A stretch of 61,189 nt of DNA, counting the filler, from Bipalium vagum (taxonomy: Eukaryota): the NCBI GenBank assembly GCA_037834085.1. It is 3 parts of 3 records of this genome, joined end to end, with 100 filler letters (N's around TTAATTAATTAA, not from the genome) between each part and the next. Parts side by side here need not be neighbours in the genome. Positions count along the whole stretch, not along the records: positions 1 to 25,264 come from JBBMKC010195830.1; positions 25,365 to 42,916 come from JBBMKC010056277.1; 1 more part is not named here. The stretch is one strand, 5' to 3'. The position numbers and the translations under genes are program-made. Position 1 is the first letter of the stretch; each line of letters starts with the position of its first letter. The notes under the pieces are model-generated. The model worked only from the letters and a program-made list of their open reading frames with translations, was not told the origin of the DNA and searched no databases. Below, piece by piece: positions 23,980 through 35,435 of this stretch.

Positions 23980-25264
23980 GTAAATTGTAAAAATAAAAAA
24001 GAAAAGGGAAAAAATAAAACTTTATTTGATTCTCGAAAAGCTTCAAGCACTTATTTAAAAGAGTTTAGTTAATAATAATATCAAGTCAATTGGTAAGGAT
24101 TGCTTGATAATAAATAATAAATTGTTCAATATTTAGGGTATCAAATTTAGACCTGACTCCAACTTTTAGGTGGTGCAAATAATAACAATCAGTAAAGCAA
24201 CAATTGTATTTATGCCACACAAACACAAAAATACACGGGAATACAAAAGATAAGTAAGAGTCTGGGATCACAACTAATGTCTGAAATATTACACAACCCT
24301 TACACTATCTGATCAAAACACAACAAAAAAATAATTACAAAGAATGAATTAAATGTTACCTTTAATCAAATACACTAATGATCAAATATAGTCAGAATGA
24401 ACGTTTAATCAAATACTATTAAATCAATATTAATAATCAACTGTTAATTAAAACAAAATTTCAAATTTTGATTACAATAAAATATTACTTATTAATCAAT
24501 ATTAATATTTACTAAGAATAAAATAATAAGATAAAACAAAAAGGAAAAATCTTACAATTTAATTTTCGTTAAAACTCCCGAGCTATAGTCTGAGCCCTAA
24601 CGGTTGCTCACCGATAACCCTCTGATGGGGAATTTTAAGCATAGCCCAGGCATTAGAATATTTTTTCAATAGTCGTTACCTTGTGAATTAATATTTGTCT
24701 GCTTTCGATCAATAAGACTCTGATAATCAGTACGATTCTGATAATCAATACGACTCTGATAATCAATACGATTCTGATAATCAATACGATTCTGATAATC
24801 AACGACTCTGCTAATCAATAAGACTCTGATAATCAATACGATTCTGATAAGCTTACGCTGCACGTTTTCTGAGGGGTGAAAATATACTAGAATCCCTTGG
24901 CTTATATACTTTTCTGAAACTGATCTTCATCTGGTGATTATTCTTGAGATAATCTCAAAATTAATCTTAAAATTATCAAAATTTTATTAAAACTCTAGAA
25001 TTCCCTAATTCCAAGTCACATATTTCCTTGAAAAATCGAGCCGAGCTTTCTTGTGATGAGTTTTTAAATTTGGTGCACTTTGACGCTTTCTCCATTTCAA
25101 ATGCTGGTTATCTTTCAACAATTGGCTAACTCTTCTAGAGGTTACTGGGAGAGCCATCGATTTTACAATTTGACTTGATGATTGGTCGTCTGTCCCGATC
25201 TGTTAGCTTCGTTTTTTTCCCGGTATTTTCATAGGAAGCATAATTTTGATTATTTTTCTTGTAA
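23980..25264 (-). mobile_element. LTR-like element B, running into the assembly gap
   Basis: Minus-strand TATATAAG (24901-24908), GC-rich island 24570-24650, GTAAG donor-like site near 24555, T/G-rich tract, AATAAA (24021-24026); same layout as elements A and C. Confidence 0.4.
24709..24850. repeat. 18-bp tandem repeat x8 (tcaatacgattctgataa)
   Basis: Eight head-to-tail units, one shortened to 16 bp; no spacers. Confidence 0.95.
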
Positions 25265-25364
25265 NNNNNNNNNNNNNNNNNNNNNNNNNNNNNNNNNNNN
25301 NNNNNNNNTTAATTAATTAANNNNNNNNNNNNNNNNNNNNNNNNNNNNNNNNNNNNNNNNNNNN
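25265..25364. other. Assembly spacer N44-TTAATTAATTAA-N44
   Basis: 100-bp gap containing a six-frame stop linker. Confidence 0.97.
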
Positions 25365-25699
25365 ACCGTAAAGTTCGAAGAGGAAATTTAAAGTTAAACT
25401 AATACTTGTAGCTAATTTTTTGATACGACCTGTACTGTTGAACATGGCAATAAACAACGAGAATTCCGTTGAACCAAATTTTAAGAATTTCCACATGAAA
25501 AGTGCACTAGGGGTTTTTTGAATTAACTATCAAAATCTATGTGATTCTCGTTATATATGAATGTTTTTGGCGTTTATTATTTTGGTGTTCTTCGAAAAAT
25601 GTATCCATAATTTTGAATACTTGTTCCTCAGAATGCAGTATAAGGTCAAAAGGAACTTGTAGAGTAAATGGGATTGACAATTCATTCAATTTTTATCTG

Positions 25700-25900
25700 A
25701 CTAAATAAGAATGGTAAGATTCACAAAGAAGAAAATTGAACTCTACATGTGCTCAAAGAAATATTGCCCTTAAAGCTGATTTGAAACGAAACCATGACCA
25801 TAGTTCTAAACATAAGAAATAACCAGAAGCTATCAAAATCAGTCAAAAATTGAAATCATATCAGGAAAAGGATTGAATTCGATTAATTATTTGCTGAAGC
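25700..25900 (+). mobile_element. hAT-like transposase N-terminal zinc-finger relic
   Basis: TCAQRNIALKADLKRNHDHSSKHKK resembles C2H2 DLKRH..SxKHK motif. Confidence 0.4.
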
Positions 25901-26565
25901 TTTTTACCAACTAAGAATATTAAATTAAGGTGAAAAGAAACATTTCTGAGAATATGTTACCAAACAACTCTGGAACCTACCATTGCATCAACAAAAACTA
26001 ATTTGATCAAATCTTAATCGAAATATCTTTCCGCATCTGGTCCATTGATTGCTTCAATGAGCTAACACTCGTCAGCTCAGTACACTATACTACAACATAA
26101 TCATTTCGAAAAATCGAATGTCTCTCAAAAATGGCTTGATAACTTTATTTAGTCAATTCCAGATCAATTTTTCTGAAAATAAATTTTTCAGATTCCATAA
26201 TTAATTAAAGGTGATATAAGCAACAGAAATCAATTTGAAAAACTTTTCTCTTTCAAAAACCAATCAAGCATCTAGGATAAACATTTCTAAACAAATAATA
26301 TATAAAAAAAGAAAACACAAAAAAGATTAGATGTTAATTTTTCAAAGAATAAATGTTCTCATATTTGAAAGTAAACATTGAAGACTGAAATTGAAAAAAG
26401 GATTAATAAAGTGGTGGATAAAACGAACAAATTTGAAACTAGATTTTCTAATAAAATATAATCAGTCGATTAGCATCTTTTCGATAAACATATTAACCGT
26501 ATTATTATTATATTAGTATTGTAAATAAATTAATTATTGTTATTATTAATTATAATTAATCATAC

Positions 26566-27000
26566 TACGTGGGTTGCTCGATATGAAAATGCGAAAAGGT
26601 AAAAATACTAACAACTTAAATTTATATACCATAAACTATTTTATTGCTTTTCAAAATATTCTCCTTCTTAAAGGATACATTTATGAATACGTATGATTCA
26701 ATTTTCAAAGCACTTGCATTGTGAAAATCAGATATACCGTATATACAGTATATCTAACAAATATTTTAAACTTAGCACTTCCCTTGCATCAAAAATTATT
26801 GTTCACGCAGTTTTTTTTCATATATGAATAAAAATACATCTTTAGGATCAGAATCAAGACTATAAGGAAAATGCCCGATAGCTCAAAAAGATAATTGTCT
26901 GTAATAATATTCTTACAAACAAATTTTTTGTACCATTCAGAATTATGCGTTACGTGAGCCCTTCAAGTAAAGATCACCATTTATTTTGAAAGCCGTTTCT
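26566..27000 (-). mobile_element. Mariner 3' portion with TIR
   Basis: Minus HFPYSLDSDP (YSPDLAP-like) and KCIL*EGEYFE C-terminus; TIR tacgtgggttgctcgatatg at 26566. Confidence 0.65.
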
Positions 27001-28149
27001 TAAGGTCGTCCTCCTGCAAACTGCGACTGCTATTTTTTGACCCATCTTTGTGTGGGGCTTCATCAACAAAAGTTGAATTACGCTGATCTAGGCACTGTTT
27101 TTGGCATAATCATCATCGGAAATCGTAATAAATTATAGAACAGAAAATATCACTAGTCAATTTCGCTTTTATATTGAGCATGGAACATTGAGATTGAAAT
27201 ATTTATTTTTCAAATAATTAGGTGAATTTTCAAACTTGCTAATGTATATAAACGAATTCAAATTTTATCATGAAAAACTCATCATACCTAGTTGATATAG
27301 AATTACAGTTCACAATAAAAGCTGATCAAGCTACTTATTTAAAATTTCCAGTTACAAATTGGATGACCTAATTTTATCTTGCATATGGAAAGAGATTTGT
27401 ATTTAGACAATTGTTTATTTCCATTTACAGTGTCAGTGACAACTAAATTAATTAATACTATTTAATAAAAATATTAAGATATAAAGAAAAAAAATTGAAA
27501 AACGGAAATTTTAAACAAAATCTAAAAAGTTAAGAATTTTGAGAACATTCGTTCGATTCATTTCATTTGTGTAACAGAAAATTAATTTAATTAAAATATT
27601 TAATTGAAATATATTTTTAATTTATTTTATCGAGTTAAATAAATTATTTGGATGGAAAATAATCAAGAGAATTTATTTCTGTTATAAATTGTAGGTAATA
27701 CACTTTATTCTTCTTGGCACTGATGGACAAAAAAATGAAATCGCTCGTTAAATAATAATTTACTCATTTGATAATATATATAATATTATATATTTTTTGA
27801 ATTTCGGAATATTTATTGAATTATGAAAAAATGAAATATTTCATATTTTGGCCATTTCATATATTGACAGCTTAGGTTATTAAATCAGAAATAATTATTA
27901 TCTATTGGACCATAAAAAACCATTGTGTAAATTTTCTCAAAAGCAAGCAAAAAATTAAGTTTATAACTCCTACATAAATTTAAGAACAAAACACTAAAAA
28001 AATTAAATGCAAATAGCTTTAATTTATTTTTTAAAACAATTAACCTTTTATTGTGATATACTTTTTAAATGAAAATTACTATAAAATAATGAACTTTATT
28101 ATAAATTTTACACAGAATAAATACTAAAGTTTAATATTTTGTCTTTTCT

Positions 28150-28460
28150 CCTTTCAAACCAATAATCTTTTAATTCTTCGGAGCATGAGGAGAAATAATG
28201 TCTTCAAATATTTCAATGCGTATCCATCCCAAACATTATCAACAATTCTCTCCAAATCAATCATATTTTTTGGATTTTGTCGTTCTAATTCTGTCTTCAT
28301 TAGTCCCCAAACATTTTCAACTGGGTTCAGGTCTGGATAGTATGTTGGTCACGGAATAACGGTTATAAATTTCCAGTTAACCAATCTTTTGTTGACTTCG
28401 AGGTATTGGGTGTTGCTCCATCTTGAAGAAATTTTGGTAAGATTTTCCTAATGCTTGACA
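28150..28460 (-). mobile_element. Tc1 transposase C-terminal relic
   Basis: FLQDGATPNTSKSTKDW followed by YPDLNPVENVWGLMKTEL (DD34E region). Confidence 0.75.
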
Positions 28461-30379
28461 AGAACTATATTTTAAAGTTAAAGAAAATAGTTCCAAAAAT
28501 GTAAAAGAATTTATATTATTATTTTTTATGAAAGCAAAATAACATCAAGATTAAAATGAAAATTAAATATTTATTTAATTAGCACTTGATTTTGTATAAA
28601 TATTTTTCAAAATAAAAGAATTTTATATTTTTCTCTTTTTATATAATTTTTTTATTTTTATTAAAATATTCCGCATGTACAACTTTTTAATTTTTCGTTA
28701 TTTTCTGTGATTATTATTATTTATGTCAAATTTATTTTAAGTCTAATTAAATCAAAAATTAAATTTTAATAAATATTGCAAGTCCTTTAATTAGAAAGAT
28801 CATTCTCAACAATGTTACATAAATAATGTTATATTTGAGTATTTTCTATTTTATAATTAATTATTTTAAATGGAAAATTATGATCCTGGTACAATTAAGT
28901 CTTTAATATTTGTTGTTGGAAAAAATGAAGAAATATTCTGTAAAATCCATCTCAATTTTATTCCAAGATAATTATAGATTCGCTCTAAGAAACTTTAAAA
29001 AACATATTTGAAAGCCGCTTTTAAAGTACGTAAGACAATATTGAGGCATTATTTGCCATAGAATACAATTACTAAAATGTAATAATAAACTAAAACCGGG
29101 ATCCATTGTTATTTTCAGAAACTGAACTTTTGTGAATTCCTTTGTTTTAAACTCCCATTACTTCACCAAATACAAATTTGCGGAAAGTAAAAGTACAAAC
29201 ACTAATAAAAGATACCAAAGTTCAATTTAAATAAATAATTATTAATATTAATATAAGAATAGAATTATTATTAATTTAAAGCAACAACATTTTTATTTTT
29301 ATATCCATTGATAAATCTAAATTCTAATGAAAAAGGTGCTAAGTATTATAATGAATACTTTTTCATCTAAACCATTGATAATTATTATTTTATTAACTTT
29401 TTTTCATCTTATATTTTTTTTATAACAAGTTTTATTTATTATAACTAATGTACATTTCTGTTACAGACAATTATATTCTTCCAAGAAGATATTACATCTA
29501 ATACGGTTTAATATCAGAAATAATCATTGTAACAACAAACAGCTCATGTAAATCCGTTTAACACCACCAAGAATTAATTATTGAACATTTCCTAACCAAT
29601 ATTAATTTATTATGAAGCTTTAAATTTATTTATTATAATAATAATAAAATATTTAATCTGAAAAGAGTTCAGCAGAAACACAATAAATTAATAGGTTTAA
29701 AAACGGGCGTTATTTTACATCAACCGAATATAATTAAATAAATTTCATACACTTGAACTAAAACTTCAAACATTAAAGTTCATATGGTTTTATTAATAAT
29801 AAAATGATCTTGAAATAAAACATGAAATACTTTATTTCTTCATTGTAAACAGTTATGACACGTATCTACGGGCGAGAGAAAATAAAGTTATTCAGGCATA
29901 AAATAGATGAAACCCAAAGAAACATAAAAATTTATTTTCTGATATCAGAAACTGACTTTCATCAAACGAAGAGTAATCATTAACTCTAACTAAACAAACA
30001 TCCAAAGAACCAAAATTTTAATTTTTTTTAATTAAATATAATTTTTCATTGTGAAATTCTTAAAATTCGTCAAGTACAAAACTTCATTTTGAAAAAATAT
30101 AAAAAATAGAGAAGCTCCAGTTGATATAAAATCATGTTTCTATTGAAAAAAAGTCAAATATCAAAGACAAAATGTTAAGTCATTTATTTTTATAAAAGAA
30201 CTTAAACTTTAGGGCACAATCAAATATCCAAATTTTTTATAAAAAAAATTGATACATTTATTTAATTAGTAATTTAAAAAATGTCAGTTTTTGAAAAAAA
30301 ATTATTAGTTTATTTATTACAAATTATAAAATTATTATTACAAATATGAAATTATGAAATATTTAATATCAATAATATT

Positions 30380-30930
30380 TTTGAAAAGTCCATCATTTTT
30401 CAAGATTTAAAAATGGAAATTTCATTGTGCAATACACAGCATATCAAGGTCAATCGAAAAATTTCAAAGATATGGATTTACAAGCAATGTTGGATGAAGA
30501 TGACCCACAAACTCAACAACTAGCACACATCTTGCATGGTAGCCAACAAGTAATATCTGGTCGATACGAAAAATGGGGGAAATTGAAAAAGGAAATATGA
30601 TATCATATGCATTGATTAAGCGAAACAAAAAAGCGAAGTGCAACTAGTGAAATATTGATGTAGAAACAGAATAAAATCATTTTTGCATGTTATCAACAAT
30701 GAGGTTGAAAAATCGATATATTTCGATAATATATAAGATAGAGATTTTTGGTGCGATCCAGGTCAGCCGTCATCATCGATTGCAAAATTCATTATTCATG
30801 AGAGGAAGACAATACTGTGCATACATTGAGAACAGAAGGGTTTATTATACCTACAAGGTTTTGAAACCTGGTCAGAAGATTACTGGTGACCGTTATCAAC
30901 AACAATTGATTAAAATAAGCGGCTAAGTTT
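30380..30930 (+). mobile_element. Mariner transposase relic
   Basis: FKDMDLQAMLDEDDPQTQQLA HTH; VYYTYKVLKPGQKITGDRYQQQLIK. Confidence 0.8.
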
Positions 30931-33522
30931 TTTATTGTGGTATTATTAAATTGAAGGATAAACAGCCTTAATTTATTATTTTCATTCTCCATAAAATCAT
31001 CTAAAACGAGTTATAATTTCTGAAAAATCATGTTTGAAAAAATGAAAAATAAAATAAATCTTCAAAAATGACCTACATTTTTGATGAAATATGTTTTCAG
31101 ACAATCATTCAGAAACGTAAAACGTCCATTAGGGGTGACGAGAAATGAAAATAAAAACAAAGTATTTCAACATACAAAATTTGTATAAATCTTGATATTG
31201 ATGTCTTTTAAAAACGCTAGTCTGTCTCGTTTATCATACAAATTTTCAATAAATAGTTTTAAAAAATATCAATGAGCAATTTTTATAACTATTTCTCCTA
31301 AAACGTTTTCTATGACTCTTAAAGCTTTAAAAAAATAACGTAAGTCGTGAAATATTGATAACTAAATATTAAAATATAGAAAACTTTTTTTTTTCTCAAG
31401 TAAGGTAGTTCAATTGAAATCTCGATAATATTGGAGAGAAAATGTGTGACAAAAAACAAAATGTCGTTGACTGAAAAAATCTTGAATCGTTTTAACAAAA
31501 AGGAGAAATATTGGAATCTAAGATTTGTTCAGAATAAAATCTTGAACAATTCTCATTCCAAGCCTCGTTGAAATCAATTGTAATTCATTGTCAATAATTT
31601 CTGTACGTTCATGTTCTGTCAATGTCACATTTGCGAGGAAGTACGAATTGCATAATTGTTTAGTCTACGATTCAAGACTTTCTGTTATTTCAAAAGCAGC
31701 ATTGAACGACATTAATTAATGTTGGAATGAAACAATACTTGTAGATTAATGTGAACATATTCGTTAATGTAAAGCTTTCGTAAAAACTCTCTAAAACTTC
31801 AAAATTGTTAATGTAGCTCAAAAAATTCTCATTCAAAAACGTTTTCTCAATTGCATTTATTGATGAATTATTTCACTTAAATATTAATTTTTTAAAGAAT
31901 TTTCCCAAGGGTTGAGTGCTTAGAATATGATTTCAATAAGTAAATCAATACAAAGTATAATAATTGCTAAATTTTTAATATAATATAAATGAAAATTTAA
32001 TATAATGTAAAAATCAAAATAAATAAAAATATTTGGATTTTTAACAAAAATATAGGTTCATTCATTTTATAATTTATCATTCATTTATCTATTTGAATAA
32101 TTTAATGATTATAAAAATAAGAAATTATATTAGAAACCCTTTAGCGGTTTTTGAAAATGAAAAGGTTTCTAGTTAAGACAGCAAGAAACTTAGATAATTG
32201 AACACTGCGAAGCACTTACTTTTCCGAAAGAGAGGACTTAGACAGAATATAAATGAAGAGATAACCAACTTAACGATAAGAAACTTTTTGAAGTAAGGAA
32301 ATACATATTCGGAGCTATATACCTAAAATCGATTGACAATTTTGAAAATATTATTTCTTAGGGATATAAATTGAATTCATAAATTTCATTAAAGAAAGCA
32401 GAACTTAAACTTTTTAATCCAAATAAAACTTGTGTAATATGAAAAATCAAAGAATAAAAGATTTTTTCCAAAAAAATTAATTTGTTTTTTCAATAACTTT
32501 ATAACATATGAATTAAAAAGTAATTATAGTGATGATAAAATAATAATAATAATATTAATAATAATATAGAACATAGGAAAAATTCTAGAAATGTGAGACT
32601 AAAAATAAGACTTATCATTAAAACAAATATTTTTCCAAAAGTATCTTTGAGTCTGTTGCTGTTTTAAAATGACTTTTGAATTATTGCAAATGTCAAAGAG
32701 AAATTGCTCTTTTCAAAGAAAACAACAGAGAAATAAAAGCGGCCTCATTAAGATTTGATCGTTAATTTTAAATCCGGGAAATAATGTGCCGAAAATATGT
32801 TTCGCTTGTTTTCTTGATATCATTAGCTGATAAGAGATTAAAAAATTACAGTAGCAAAAAGTGGAAGCAACAAATCTCATTGGTTTAAGAATAATTCTGA
32901 CCAATAAAGTGGTATTTGATACGCACGATTATCAACAGTTATTCTGCAGGAAATCTTTCTCGCCCTTAGTGAAAATTTCCAATTCCTCCCACCGTCAAAT
33001 TCTGATCTTTTCTTTCAAAACGTTCCATTTAATAATCTTCATTAAACGAATTCTCTTACTATTTCATTGATATTTCTTCCATATCAATCAGTCACTATCC
33101 CCAATAGATACAATTCACAATTAACCAGTTCAAATGAAATGAATTAATTTTTATTAAATTCATCATTAAACAGTTTTATTATCATTATATTTATATTATC
33201 AAATTAATAGTAAAAAATTGCTCTCGTTAAATTACTACTAATACATTTAATATTAAATTATTATATTTTAATAATAGATTTGTATAATATTAAAAAACGT
33301 CAATTTTTTTTGTTTTTATAATAATATTATTATTATTCCTAAAGACTTTCTCTATATTTTATAAATTCACCTCATCGAATTAATTAAGCACCCAAAAACG
33401 TAATCATATTTTTAATATTTCGCGAATAATGAATTACTATTTATTAATCAATAATATTGGAAAGATTACATTTGAGCGGTTAAAAAATCATTAAATTGAT
33501 TAAAAAATAAAACTTCACTTAC

Positions 33523-34018
33523 CTGTAATGTGTCGAATGTTCTAAGGGGAATGTTGATTTTTGATCCTGAGAAAGGTTGTCATAGTTTTTTGTTGTATCG
33601 AGAGATTCAGCTGAATATTTATGAGATAAAATATTACAATCAACATTACAACAATCGTAGTAATTGGAATGTCCAGAATGGAATCTATTGTCAGAATTGA
33701 CAATACAATTCTCTGAGGTAGAAGATTCATGATAGCTTATTTGCAATAAATCATCGTTCCATTTATCAATTAATACTTCCGTTTTGGAAATATGATCATC
33801 CGAGAGACTTGGGGTCAATTTGCTGCAAAACATCGATACATTTTGTGGTTGGTCAGCAGTCATAATGTGACCGTAAACGGGTATCGGTTTGTCCAGAGAC
33901 ACGGCAAAACTAGATGAAAGAGATTTCGAATCGCTCTCCAAAGGAAATTCATTATTGACATTGTCAAATAAATGTTCAGGGAAATCACTGATTCCAATAT
34001 CCTCAAATTGTGGAATAT
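33523..34018 (-). CDS. Probable internal coding exon (about 165 aa, Ser/Asp/Asn-rich) of an unidentified gene
   Basis: 496-nt open frame with coding-like composition, bounded by acceptor ttttttttgcag| and donor cag|gtaagt; no recognisable domain. Confidence 0.6.
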
Positions 34019-34774
34019 CTGCAAAAAAAACTTTCACGTAAAAACGTAAATAGAAATCATTCGATAAATTAAAATGAAATAATGCCAGAAAAAAACTCCC
34101 AAGCAGTACATTATTTGTGTTTCTAATTTCAAGACATCAGCAGAAAATTAGATTCTTCCTGTTTTCTTAAATATTTCTCAAAAACTCAATTCAACTATTG
34201 AAAGGATTTGTATTATATCCATGAGACCCAACAATTACTCTCAATATTTACTTGAGTCTAAAAGACAATATGAATATTTTCTGCCAGGAAAATTTAATGC
34301 AAAGTCAGTCGAGTTTATCCATTTTCATAATTGCAATATTTTATAGTTGAATCAGTTTAACAAAAAAATTAACAAAAGCAAATAAATCTTCAGAAAATTC
34401 TATAAATCTTATAACCTAACTTTCAAAATGCTTCTGTGACTGACATGAGATATCGTGAATTACAGATGTCATTTACGAATTTTTAGAATTTTAAATAACA
34501 TTAGAAGAAATATAAAATTAATTAAGCAGAAATTAAAAAAAATTTACTTTGGTCAATTATCATTTGTCATTCAAAATTATATTTGTGTAGAAATTAAATT
34601 TTAATTTTAATGTTAATTTCTCCATACATCAGAATCTAAATTTTTCTTTAATAATAATAATAATAATAATAAAAGATTAAATAAAAAATATTATTATTAA
34701 TTTAATAATATTAGTATTAAATAAATAATGATAAAAAGTATTATAATACTAACAATAGTAATAGTAATGCACTA

Positions 34775-35435
34775 GTCGAAATAATGAATAGTCCATTCTA
34801 CATTTAAGACCAATCATATTAAGCTTTTATTGTGTTGACAAAATACCTATTTTAAAGATTGCAATAGACACCTGTCTTCATAAAAATATTAAAGCAACAT
34901 TTTATTGAAACAGGAGAGGAAGGTACTAAAATTATTAATGAAATTTCTGAACAGGATAGTGGTTCCATACAAGTGTGAAAGATCACCGAAAATGACTTGC
35001 TGATAAAAAATATTAATTTTTAACAGTGACTACCTTGCAGTGCTGACTTAAATCCAATAGAAAATCAATGGGCTTAATGGTTAATACGTTTATGAAACAG
35101 AATATCAATTTCCGAGCTCCGGCAGATAATCTTGGATATTTTTGATCAGATTTCATTAACAGAACTACAAAAACCAATTATATCAATGCTCAACAGAATA
35201 TATGAGGTTTTAATTATCAATGGAAAGAACAATTAAAACGTCTGTGGAACTCTAATAATTATTTCGCACTATTTTTAACCAAATTTTAGTAACTGTCTCC
35301 TTTGTTTCGATAAAATGTTGCTTTAATATTTTATGAAGACATATATCATGTCATCTTTAAAATGGTCATTTAGTCAACACAAAGTTATAATATAATTTTG
35401 TCTTAAATAGAGTGGATTTATTATTATTTCGCTTT
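34775..35435 (+). mobile_element. Internally deleted Tc1 element with long (about 150 bp) TIRs
   Basis: Inverted copies of tgtcttcataaaa(a)tattaaagcaacatttt(t)at.gaaac and tgtgttgac at both ends; internal ADLNPIENQW. Confidence 0.75.

Noticed and set aside
24666-24863. ORF with DYQNRI repeats, or a CRISPR-like array
   Set aside because: Translation of an 18-bp tandem repeat; there are no unique spacers and the context is eukaryotic
25309-25320. TTAATTAATTAA palindrome as a biological site
   Set aside because: Embedded symmetrically in N runs at both gaps; assembly linker
27060-27140. Hydrophobic stretch ending IIIGN as GPCR TM1
   Set aside because: Stop follows within a few codons, there is no TM2 motif, and it lies on a different contig
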